Below are positions 10,164 to 20,990 of a stretch of DNA of 25,637 bases, in pieces. Made by a program: the position numbers and the translations under genes. The notes under the pieces were generated by a model. That model was not told the DNA's origin, searched no databases, and saw only the letters and a list, made by a program, of their open reading frames with translations. Origin of the DNA: Vicugna vicugna (Eukaryota); NCBI GenBank assembly GCA_013265495.1, contig MU057615.1, positions 310,001 through 335,637 on the forward strand, written 5' to 3'. Each line of letters begins with the position of its first letter. Positions within the stretch are counted from its first letter, which is position 1.

Positions 10164-11029
10164 GTAAGTCTCTTCTCTGCTGGACAATTCCTCTCAAATC
10201 TCTCCACAGTCTTCTTCTGAATAGCTTTGCAGTGAGATTACTCATGTAAAGTGAAAAGACAGGATTTTTTTTTAAAGTTAAAAGTAAGATAAATCTATTT
10301 TAAAAAGACAGAAAAAAAAAAGGAAGAAAATGTGCTATTAAAAGTAGTGCCCAAAAATACTTACAAGAGGAAAGTCGTGTGCAGTAAATGGGTGTGTGGG
10401 GGGCCTTGTTGCATGTCCCCTCCTTATGTGTGCTCTTTGTTCATTCAGACAAGCTGAGATACCTCTTTTTCTCCTACTTCAAGTTCAAAAATATTTTATT
10501 ATAAATATAACGTGGCAAAGAAACGTCTGCATCCCAGCAGCCTTGTGAGCCCCTCAGGAAAGGCGCATGCTGCCTGCGGTGGCTGCCTGTCCGGGGCTGG
10601 CCCCCCAGGGGACAGGTGGAGGGGTGCTGCCCATTTTGATGGCGTTGCCTGCCAGCACCAAACAGAATGTCTTGAGTCTCTGCTTTTGTAAGAAAGAAAC
10701 CCAGCACATTAAATTAGCTTTGAGGATCGAGGAGCAACTCCCAAGGAGGAAAAATGGAGCAGTGACTGTTTCTAATCACTTGACAGTCTCCTCCCATCTG
10801 TTTCCATCACGCAAAAACATGCTGGAAGAGAACATTTGTCAAAAGTTTTACCCCAAGCAGTTTTCTCCAGGAGAGCCAGGCATCCATGCAAGCTGCCAGA
10901 GATCCCCAATATTGAGTGTTCTAAGGACACCGAAATGCTTACCTTCCTGCATTGCCTTTGCTCAGTGGACTTTTTTGGTTCTATCATCTCTCTTTTGAAT
11001 CAACAATGTGAAGAAAGCAGTGGCTTCTA

Positions 11030-11466
11030 AAGAGAAGACCATATGTTTAATCCTGTTTTGGTTTGTGCTTCACTCCAAACACACCCAAGATTAAAAAGTA
11101 GGTTTATTTATCCTCATGGCTAAGGTTACAGCAAAAGGGAACAGAGTAAGAGCAACAGGGAAGCAGGTAGCATCTGTGGAGTCCAGAGTTGTCACGTGCA
11201 GGGTCTTCCTGGTCCTTCTCCCTCCTGGGCCACACAGAAGCCCGCATCCAGGGCGTAGGTAGAACCTCTTCTCAGGGAAGCCCGTGTGAAGAGGGGGTTT
11301 GGGCTGTTACTTAGGGCTGGACACACCCTGCTGCGTGGCAGCTGAAACTCAGGCCCCAGTGATGGGCAAGGTGCACATCCGTCTTCAGGAGCTGAGCTCG
11401 AGGTGGTCTTGGGGACTCCCAAACCTTCAGCTGGTGTTAGAGTGAGTGGGGTCATGGTGACCATCA
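11030..11466. mobile_element. MER77/MER21-group ERVL LTR with mixed orientation
   Basis: 11094-11379 reads as the antisense LTR middle (ctcatggctaag..ttacagcaaaaggg..gggccacacag..cagggaagccc..gaaactcagg..aggtgcacatc). 11381-11466 reads as the sense LTR 3' end (ggtggtcttggggactccc..ctggtgttagagtgag). Confidence 0.65.
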
Positions 11467-12649
11467 TATTTTGTAGTTTCATAAAGCCTAAAATCTATTC
11501 ATTATTGTCTGAGCAATTTTAAATTCATTCCTGAGTCAGTGCGTTGTGAGATTTTTAAAAGGACCTTGTCTTTTTATCCCTCTCCCCTTGAGGGATGCAG
11601 TGTGGTTATATGGCTGGTGTGAAAATTCAGGCCTGGAAGGGACTGCTTGTAACAGATTAGATATACTCTCTTTTCAAGTTTCTTCCTTTAATCAGCATTT
11701 GAAATTTTGATTTGCTCAGCTTACAAGAAAGTAGCTCGCTTCTTCAAATGAACTTGGCCGAACAATGAAGATGCAACAGATCTGTGCTAAGCAGACTCCC
11801 GGTCTGGTGACCACGGTGGCGGAGCAGGTTATAAACTAACCGCCCTTTAACACAAGCTGCGTTTGTAGCAATTTGAATACTGAATTCAAATACTCAGATA
11901 AACCTGAAGGCTTGTCTCCCAGAGTAAAGATTTTAGAATTTCTGCAAAGAACTAGGGACATCTGAGCTATGGTTGAAGATGAAGAAACTATCACCAAATA
12001 CATCCTTCCCCCAAAAAGGCAATAGCTGACCATTGAAGATAAGGGTTGGAAAAAATAAGAGAGAAAAACCATCCCCTTCGACCTTGCACACCTAATCATT
12101 GTGATGAGCTTGGTTGGCTCATACAAATGGGCGTCAGGAGGGAAAAGACACGTTTCACCACAGTAGAGAAGCAGTGCTTCAGGACCCAAGCAAGGATCTC
12201 GAGATGCCAAATGCAGGTATGGCCTGTATGTTCATCTTGAAAAGACAGCAGAAGAAAGCCACCCTGGGGACTCCTGCTGCTGCTTCTCTGGGCGTGTCTT
12301 GTCCTGGCCGTGTGGTTTTGCTGTGGAAGTTTCCCAGGGCTGTCTGCAGTGGGCCTGTCACACTGGCAGTTAGAGGCACCACGTTCTCTGGGAAACTCTG
12401 ACAACCAGAAGGCTGACGTCTGGGCTCCACCAGCAGAGGAAACACAATTCTGTTATTTCAATACTCGCTCTTCTGAGAAGTGATCCAAACATGTGACACT
12501 AAATGAAAGCTTCCACATAGGCTTTTTGATGCTGTTGTACCACAGTACAGTTTTAAAATTGTGTTCATAGTGGTGGCATTACCATCCTTCAGTAGCGTGC
12601 TGCTATTTTAAGTGCCTCATCTTAATTTATCCAACTTTAAGAACTCTCT

Positions 12650-12745
12650 CTATATACAGCCTTGCTGGATATTTACATAACTAATTTGAAGCATGTATTT
12701 TCCAATCCATTTTGCAAATAACAGACCTAAAGTTTAACGAGATTA
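12650..12745 (-). mobile_element. Decayed MIR fragment
   Basis: ccattttgcaaataacagacctaaagtttaacgagattag resembles the antisense MIR core ccattttacagatgaggaaactgaggctcagagaggttaag. Confidence 0.4.
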
Positions 12746-12759
12746 GCAAAAGGCAGTGT

Positions 12760-12975
12760 GATGATCAAGAGTTTGCCATCAATACGTGTTAGGTGCTGCC
12801 TTCCCCATGTCGTCAGATTATTTCACTCTTCTGAGCCTGCTTCTTCATTTCTACGATGAAGGTAGTTATATTAACCTTCTTCATGGGGCTGTGATGTAGT
12901 TGAAACAAAAACAGAATGTAAAAAGCTTCACAAAGGCCTGCCAACAGAAGTGCATACTAATGTTTGTATTATTTT
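12760..12975 (+). mobile_element. MIR (core and 3' tail)
   Basis: ttatttcactcttctgagcctgcttcttcatttctacgatg..atgtaaaaagctt..gcctgccaaca..aatgtttgtattatt. Confidence 0.75.
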
Positions 12976-12980
12976 CATCG

Positions 12981-15900
12981 ATTGATTGAAGTATAGTTGA
13001 TTTACAATATTATATTAATTTCAGGTGTACAATGTAGTGATTCAAGATTTTAATGGACTGTACTCCATTTAAAGTTATTACAAAGTATGACCATGTTCCC
13101 TGTACTGAACAATATATCCTTGTTGCTTAGTTATTTTACACATAGTGGTTTGTATCTCTTAATCCCATACACCTGTCTTGCCCCACCCCACTTCCTTCTC
13201 CCCACTGGTAACCACTAGTTTGTTCTCTGTATCTGTGAGTCTGTGTCTGTTTCTGTTTTACACAATTATTTGCTTGCTTTTTTAGCTTCCACATGTAAGT
13301 GATACCATTCAGTATATATCTTTCTCTGTCTGACTTACTTCACTTAGCATAATACTCTCTAGATCTATTCACATTGTTACAAATGGCGGAATTTCATTCT
13401 TTTTCATGATTGAGTAGTATTCCATCGCGTGTGTGTGCGCGCGTGCGCGTGTGTGTGTTGTAATTACCTTATTCACTCATCTGTTAATGGACACTTAGGC
13501 TGCTTCCATACCTTGTTTATTATACATAACACCTCTATAAACCTTGGGATGCAGGTATCTTTTAGAATTAGTGTTTTCATTTTCTTTGGATATCTACTGA
13601 ATAATGAAATTGCTAGATCATCAGGTTGTTCTGTTTTTAGTGTTTTGATGATCATCCACACTGTTTTCCATAGTGGCTACGCCAAGTTACATTCTCACCA
13701 ACAGTGTACAAAATGTTCCCTTTTCTCCTCATCCTCCCCAATATTTGTTATTTGTGGTCTTTTTGATGATAGCCATTCTAATGGGTGTCAGGTGACACCT
13801 CATTGTGGTTTTGATTTGCAATTTTCTAATAATTAGCAAAGTTGAGCACCTTTTCATGTGCCTGTTGGCCATCTGTCTGTCTTCTTTGGAAAATTGTCTA
13901 TACAGGCCTTCTGCCCATTTTAAAAAAATTTTTGAGATTAAATTGTATGAATTGTTTATATATTTTGGATGTTAACCTCTTATTGGTCATACTGTTTGCA
14001 TATATGTTCTCCCATTCAATATGTTCTCTTTTTGTTTTGTTGATAGTTTTCTTTAGTGTGCAAAAGATTTTAAGTTTAATTAGGTCTCATTTGTTTATTT
14101 TTGTTTTTATTTCTTTTTGGGGAAGTTATATTTTTATTACCATTTGTATGAAGGTATTTTCTGATTTCCTCTTTGATTTCTCTTTGACTCATTTTTTTTA
14201 AAAAGTAGCATGCTGTTTAGTCTCCACGTGTTTGTGTTTTTCCATCTTTTTCTTCCTGTAGTTGATTTCTAATGTCATATCATTGTGGGAAAAAAAGATG
14301 CTTGCTTTAATTTCTATCCTTTTAAAAACGTTGAGACTTTTTTGTGGTCTAGTATGTGGTCTATCCTGGAGAATGTTCCGTGTGCACTTGAAAATGTGTA
14401 TTCTGCTGATTTTGGATGGAATGTCCTATAGATATCTATAAAGTCCAACTGGTCTACCATGGCATTTAAAGTCACTGTTTCCTTATTTTCTGAGTAGATG
14501 ATTTGTCCGTTGATGTAATTAGGGTGCTAACATCCCCTACTATTATTATATTATTACCAATTTCTTACTTTATGTATATTAATGTTTATTTTATATATTT
14601 AGGTTGTCCTATATGAGGTACATATGTGTTTACAAATGTTATATCCTCTTTTTGTTTTGATCATTTTATCTTTAAATAAGGCCCTTCTTTGTCTTTTATT
14701 ATAGACTTTGTTTTAAAGTCTATTTTGATATGATATTGCTACCACAGCTTTATTTTCATTTTCATTTTCAAAGAATATCTTTTTCCATACCTTAACTTAG
14801 TCCGTGTGTGTCTTTAGCTCTGAAGTGAATCTCTTGTAGGCAGCATGTCTTGTTCTTGTTTTTTTAAATCCAACCAGCCGCTCTGTGCCTTTAGGCTGGA
14901 GCAGTCAGTTTGTTGACATATTAAGTGATTGCTGTAGGCGTATATGGGTATTGCTGCCATGCTGTCATTTGTTTTCTGGTTGTTTTGTAGCAGTTCTGCT
15001 TTTTTCTTCTTCTTTTAGACTCTTCCCTTGTTGTTTGATGATTTTCTTTACTGTATGTTTCTTTCCAGTTTGTGTGTATCTATTGTAGGTTTTTGATTTG
15101 TGGTTCCCATGGGGTTGATATTTGTTGAATTGCAATTATATCTTCTTGTTTTAAACTGCTAGTTGTTTAAGTTCAAACACATTCCAAGCACTTGACATTC
15201 TATCGTCCCCACCACATTTTGTATTTTTGATGTCATATTTTACATCTTCATGTCTATCCCTTAACTGTTTAGTGTAGCTATAATCGCTTTAATTTTTAAA
15301 ATTTACTTTATTTATTAAGCTTTAACTCACTTATTTAAATGATTGATCCACAGCCTTTCCTATATATTTGCCTTTACCAGTTGGATTTTACCTTCCCATA
15401 ACTCCTTATTTCTTGTTGTGGCCTTTTCTTTTTCAACTAAAGAAAACCCTCTAACACTTACGGTAAGGTTGGTTTAGTATTAACGAACTCTTAGTTTTTG
15501 CCTGTCTGAGCAGCTCTTTATCTCCTTTTCAATTCTGAATGACAACCTTGCTCAGTAGAGTACCCTAGGTTGTAGGACTTTGCCTTCAGCATTTTGAATA
15601 TATATCCTGCCACTCCCTTCTGGCCTGCAGAGTCTCTGCAGAAAAATCAGCTGGTAGTCTTAGCAGGGATTTCCTTGTATGTAACTCTTTGTTTTTCTCT
15701 TGCTACCTTTAGAATTCTGTCTTTAGTTTGTGTCATTTTAACTATGATATATCTCGGTGTGAGTCTCTTTTGGTTCATCTTGTTTGGGACTCTCTAGGCT
15801 TCTTATATCTGGGTATCTGTTTCCTTCTTCAGGTTTGGGGAGTTTTCAGCCATAATTTCATCAAATTCACTTTCTACCCCATTTCTCTCTGTCTTCTTCT

Positions 15901-17525
15901 TCATAATGTAAATGTACGAAGCCTGATGTTGTCTCATAGGTCTCTTAAACGATCCTCATTTTAAAAATTGTGTGTTTCCATTTGTTGTTCTGATTGGGTG
16001 AGTTCCATTACTCTGTTTTCCAGATCGTATGCATTCTCCTGTATCACCTGCTTTTCTGTTAGTTTCCTCTAGTGTGTTTTTCATTTCAGTCACTGTATTG
16101 TTTAGCTCTGACTGGTTCTTTTTTCATATTTTCTAGTTACTTGTAAAAAAAATTTTTACCATGTTTCTTTATCCTTTTTTCCTATTAAATTAGGATTATT
16201 ATTACTATTGCTGTGAATTTTTTGTCACATACATTATTTCTGTTTCATTAGGATTTTGTCTGTTTTTTCTTCTTTCATTTGAAATGTATTTGCCTGTCTT
16301 CTCATTTTATTTAGCTTTGTCTCTCTGTATGAAATTAAGTGAAACAGTTACCTAACCTAGTCTTTAAGATGTGTCCTTGTGTGGGAGTGTCCCTGCGCAG
16401 TCTGTGTTTGCCCAGTTGCTTTGGTGGGAGAGCTGGATCTGAAGTGAGCACGGGTCACATCCTCCCCCAGGGTGTGCTGGCAACCACCATCCTGGTAGGA
16501 GGTGGGGCTGGATTTGGAGGGGCTAGAGCCATAGCCAAGTGTGAGCTGAGTTTCTCCTATGCTCAGTGGTTGGGGCAGGGCCCAAGGGGCTGGTGCAGGA
16601 GCCCTGAGGGAGCTGGTTTCTCCTAGGTATGATGGCAGTCTCTGCCTTGGTTTGGGACATGGCTGGAGCCTAAAAGTTTGGGGCTGCATTTCTGTGATGG
16701 TTTCACTTTTTCCCCAGTGTGCACTCCTTGGCTAGGTACTGGGTTGGGACATGTGGGTTGCTGACACAACACTGAGTTGGCCTCACCCCCACAAGTGTGT
16801 CCAGGGATGTGTGTGCTCAGGCAGTGGCAGTCTCCATCCTGATATTAACCTTGCTCCCTCTGGAATGTTTGCAGGGACATGCAAGCTGGCACTGTGGCCG
16901 CCTCCACCCCTTGGTGAAAGACAGGGCCAAGGTCAGAGATGGCTCTGTTCCCTCTAAGAGTGCACCTTCTCATTGGCAACGGTAGCCTCTGCCTTAGTGG
17001 GGAGAAGCATCAGAGCCAGAGGGGCTGTAGCAGGAGCCTGGTGCAGGCTGGGGGCGCACTGGGGAGGTCTGCCAAACTGGCAAGAGCCCCAGGCAGTTTT
17101 CAGTGTGATCTTCTGTGCTGTTACTGGGAGTGAGCAAGTCTGTGCTGGCGCTTTTCAAGAGCAGTCTCAGTTTCCTACAGCCTGCTACTGAGTGCCACTG
17201 GTTTCAAATCAGTTAAGGGGACTCACCCTCCTGGTGTCCGATTCCAGGGCTGAGGTGCTTAAAATGTGGTCCAAATCCATTGTTCCCCAGGGAGGATCCC
17301 TGAGCCTGTGACAGCCGCCTCCTCTTCTGCGTCTCCCACTAGAGGTGCTGTTCCTGACCTGATGATCATGCCTCCCTCCCTCCCAGGCTCTGTGTGGAGC
17401 GTTCTTCACCGCCTTGGTTGTAGAGGAGCTGTTCTGCTATTCCCCGGGTTGATGTCAGCAAGAGTCACTCCGTATGTAGTTGCAGTTTTGATGTGTTTAT
17501 GAGGGGAGGGGAGCCCAGCATCCCA
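12981..17525 (-). mobile_element. Laurasiatherian L1 with 5'UTR, ORF1, endonuclease domain and 3' end but no RT domain (dead)
   Basis: 3' end attgaagtatagttgatttacaat at 12985. ORF2 C-terminus to ~14117. EN domain 14120-14960 (probable ATG at 14960, decayed SDHN-motif region ~14264-14301). ORF1 ~15440-16350. GC-rich 5'UTR ending tgtagttgcagttttgatgtgtttatgaggggaggggagc. Confidence 0.88.
13426..13458. repeat. (CG/TG)n microsatellite, 33-nt perfect alternation with 7 CpG
   Basis: cgcgtgtgtgtgcgcgcgtgcgcgtgtgtgtgt, read directly. Confidence 0.95.
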
Positions 17526-17559
17526 CTGCTAGGCTGGTGGCATTCTAAACTATCCTGTC

Positions 17560-17655
17560 AAGACTCTTCATCATATCTGTACAGCCACCTTGCCCTCTTC
17601 TGGCAAATTAGGATACGGGCATCTTGAGGGGCCATCATTTATTCAACAACACTGC
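17560..17655 (-). mobile_element. MLT1 (ERVL-MaLR) LTR fragment
   Basis: tcatatctgtacagccacctt..attaggatacgggcatcttgaggggccatcatttattc resembles the antisense 5' end of MLT1B-D. Confidence 0.5.
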
Positions 17656-17659
17656 CAAG

Positions 17660-18010
17660 CAGGATTAACAGTGAAAATTCTGTGCATCTAAGACTCACTG
17701 AGGAACTCCCTACCTATTCTGACCTTTCTGTGGCTTCTGGTTTTTCTGGTTACTTTGCTTAAGAAGCTTTTGGTTTTCAAAGCCACCGCAGCTGTGGGGA
17801 GAGGGAGATGGAAATGAGATACAACACCACAAAGTTTGGTTCTTACTGAGCTCCCAGAATTTGTCTGGATCACCCCTTCCTGGGTTGTTGCAAGGCTGTG
17901 GTTAATTTCCAGAGTTCTAAAAAGGGTAAGTTTGATGGTTTTTGCCAATGTTCTCCTTTTTATGAAGGAATAGCTTTACAGAGATTCTTATTCTGTTGTT
18001 CTGGAAGTGT
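17660..18010 (-). mobile_element. Ancient L1M4-type 5' end
   Basis: tggttaatttccagagttctaaaa..tttttgccaatgttctc..tttatgaagga..ttcttattctg. Confidence 0.7.
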
Positions 18011-18528
18011 TTCCACTGTGGCAGCTATTTTTAAATCTAATTAATCAATTAGTTTATCAAAATGATCTCATTAATTATTTTAGCAGCCGCAGTTCAACAG
18101 ATGCTTTGAGGCTTTCTTTGGCTTTGGGTAGTGCTGTCTGTATTTGGGAATAGATCATATGGCAAAAATGTGCTCTTATCACCATCAAAAGTGGCTGCTA
18201 AACAATGCAGGGTACTTGGAAATCCTCAAGAGCCCACTGCTTTGGTAGATGCTGATCCGGAATTTTCTGAGAAGCAGTGATCATAAATCAATTACTGAAT
18301 TTTCAAATGTCCTGAAAAAGGTTAATTTCAAGCTGAACTTGTGCTTTCTGTACAAACACGAAAAAACTAAGATTAGTCATTTTCTATCATCTCTTTACTT
18401 CCCCCCAAATTTTTAGGCAATGCAATTGTTAGAGAACTTTACAGGAGCCTGTTTATTTATGTAATTCTTCTTCATCAGTTATTCATCAGTGCAATTATGT
18501 GAAGCCTTCAATCTGACCCAGGAAATAT

Positions 18529-18543
18529 ATTTGCATAGCAAAT
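18529..18543 (-). promoter_or_regulatory. PORE-like palindromic POU-dimer site with a perfect octamer
   Basis: Minus strand ATTTGCTATGCAAAT versus PORE ATTTGAAATGCAAAT (13/15). Confidence 0.45.
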
Positions 18544-18859
18544 TGCAGGCAGTCGATTTTTGGCTTGGCTAAAGCTTTTGGATAAACAGGAAGACTGCTA
18601 GTGTGACAGTAACATTCACATTATAAGCAGCCCAGAATAATTCATGGAATATTTATGCAGATGTTAATAGCAGATTCATTTAGAATGGATTAAATTGATG
18701 TTTGTGAGTATAAAAAAAGATGGGAACAATGAGCACTTATGAATAATCATTTTGTCAAAAAATTACAAGAAGTAACTTTTCCTGTGAGTAACAGTAGAGT
18801 TCAAGCACAGAGTAAAAAGAAGCATTTAAATTATACAGAGTGATGGGTAGTACAGTATA

Positions 18860-18920
18860 AAGACAGATGCATAGATGGCAGATGATAGGTGGGCAGGTGG
18901 ATAGATACACGGATAGAATA
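18860..18920. repeat. Degenerate (GATA/GATG/GGTG)n simple repeat
   Basis: agacagatgcatagatggcagatgataggtgggcaggtggatagatacacggatag. Confidence 0.6.
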
Positions 18921-19843
18921 AATATCACCATGTAGGTAGTGTCTCATCTTATCATTCTTTTTCATCTTTATAATATGTAATGCACAACGATGGATTTGAA
19001 AAAAAACCCACTTGTCTGTGAAATAATTAATGAGAAATAATTACAAACTGATTTTATATGTATAACTGGTGAATCCAGAATGGAGAAATAGTCTTATTCA
19101 CGTTGAGTACCTCTTAAAATTAAAACAGACGATAGATAGTACGATGGCTTAATTAAACATCTAAGGTGCATGTCTGTGGAAATAACAGAAGTTGCCTCAC
19201 ATGCCGTAGAAGCCAGGGCCACTTGTCACTGAGGGCAGCAAACGCCAGCCAGAGCCGTGTGACAAGCTCCAGGGGGGCCAGGAGGGGCAGCCACCCCTCT
19301 TCAGGGGCTGTGGTTTGGAAGGTTTCTCTTCGACGTCTGACGGGCGGCGGGGAGTCTTCCTGCCTCCTGACTTGCTGACTCTCTGGGGAGACCCCGGAGT
19401 CCAGGTCAACTTTGGGCACACTCTCCGAGGACACCCTGGAATCTAAACCACACAGGTGGCGCCCTTCCGCAGCATGCCCTCGGAAGCCAGCTGCGTTAGC
19501 TCTTGTGCGTACTCAGCACTGGCTTTTAGTTTTCACCCTGCTACTAGAGCTTTTGGAATCATTTTTTCTACCTATTTCTCCACAAGGTGGCCCCTTTATA
19601 CAGGACAGTTGGACTGGTGGGGCTATAAATCCTGATCAGATTTTTGTACCTCAGGTAGAGAAACAGAGGGGCTATTCCATAAATGCAATCTTTTTCTTCC
19701 AAGTGGCAGGCTGCATAAGGTCAGAGGGCTAGCCTATGTGAGGTCAAAGCCAATAAGAGCTGTCAAACATTAAAGACACGAAGAGTCTTTCCGGTAAGGC
19801 TGCTCCACCCATTGCCAGGTAGACTGCCTCCCTGGATGAAGTC

Positions 19844-20185
19844 TGTCTGGGACTGACCCGGGTCTCAAAAGTCATATATTGGAATTCTAATCCCCAGTAC
19901 ATCAGAATGGCACTGCATTGATTAAAGTTAAATTAACTCACTGGGGTGGGCCCTAACTCGCTGACTGGCATCCATCCATGAAGAGGAGACTAGGACACAG
20001 ACACCCACAGAGGGAAGACCGCCTGCAAGCTGAGGGGAGGGCGTCAGAGGAAGCAACTTGCTGCCTCTGTCATCGCAGGATTCTGGACTCCAGGACTGTG
20101 AGACCCATGTACGTTTCTGCTGTTAGAGCCATTCATTTGGTGATACTCTGTTACAGCACAATGGCGACCCAAGAAAACTCATGCA
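19844..20185 (+). mobile_element. MLT1B-like solo LTR with perfect 5-bp TSD (AAGTC)
   Basis: TG..CA termini; ccccagtacatcagaatg, gggtgggccctaa, taggacacagacac. AAGTC at 19839-19843 and 20186-20190. Confidence 0.92.
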
Positions 20186-20218
20186 AAGTCCTTTCTGCAG
20201 AGCGGCCAGCTGAGTGAC

Positions 20219-20230
20219 TGTCACGTGACA
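20219..20230. promoter_or_regulatory. Perfect 12-bp E-box palindrome TGTCACGTGACA (USF/MiT-TFE CLEAR-type)
   Basis: Read directly; contains GTCACGTGAC. Function not shown. Confidence 0.4.
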
Positions 20231-20784
20231 TCCTGGCTTCCCTCAGTTTTTTGTTTTTAATCTTTGCTGCCTTTGGTGACCTTTTAAATGTTAGGTGGAA
20301 TCGTTCGTGCTTTCATCTCACTTGCAATTAACAACCGCCTAAAAATTTAGAGTGAAAACATTCTGCATTGATGTATTTGTATTGATTTGCTGCCCCCAAA
20401 GGCTCTGAAATAGGAACAAAGAAAAATATAACCCTAGAAAAACACAGCCTTAGTCATGATGTCAGGAAACCCTTTCAGCTAAGCTGGCTGGAATTTGTGT
20501 GAAACGTTAAGGTCAGTTTCCCCCCGTTTTTCACTTGCAGTGTTTTGTCAGGGAGAGTGGGTAAGTGCCCAGTTGCTTTTTCCCAGTCACCTAATACAGG
20601 GGGCATTTTGGCCTGTGGTGAGATGCAGGTGCCTTACCCCTGTTTTCTTGGGCTTTGCCCACTGAAATCAAAGTCATTAATTAGTGAATCAAAATTCTGC
20701 CATTAAAGCACCAACATCCCCAAAGGGGAATTTACTTTCTTTTGCCTCAGTGAGAAATCTACTTATTCCACAAGTAATCTTCAA

Positions 20785-20990
20785 TGTATTTACCAAGAAC
20801 CTGCAAGGTTGGAAGACTCTACTAAGCACCTAGATATTATCTCATTTTACCTTTCTGAACAGCTTCTGATGAAAATATTACTTCTTACCCTGAAAACAAA
20901 TTATGGGTTGTTTTGGTGAGTGGTGCGGCCATAGTGCAAAGCCAGACCAAGACACAACCTCACTTAAATGCCAAGAGACACTCACAGTAA
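20785..20990 (-). mobile_element. MIR
   Basis: gtatttaccaagaacct..tactaagcacc..atattatctcatttta.. Confidence 0.65.

Larger units (their letters stand above)
18030..19160. promoter_or_regulatory. Candidate conserved non-coding enhancer block B
   Basis: AT-rich, no transposon recognised. Contains TAATCAATTA (18042-18051), AACAATG (18201, 18725), ATAAATCA (18283-18290), octamer palindrome (18529-18543), TGACAG (18604-18609) and GAAATAATTA x2 (19020-19043). Confidence 0.4.

Noticed and set aside
9997..10245. Minus-strand coding exon ending at a gtaagt donor near 10016
   Set aside because: The upstream acceptor lacks a polypyrimidine tract and neither open frame resembles a protein I know.
10567..10998. 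143-aa ATG-initiated ORF
   Set aside because: No recognisable domain, promoter context or retrocopy hallmarks. PhyloCSF or tBLASTn would settle it.
11836..12445. Possible processed pseudogene or ORF cluster
   Set aside because: The + frame I translated has multiple stops, there is no identifiable parent, and no poly(A) or TSD.
13429..17948. Hydrophobic, membrane-looking and GC-rich ORFs
   Set aside because: Antisense translations of A-rich L1 ORF1/ORF2 and frames within L1 5'UTRs.
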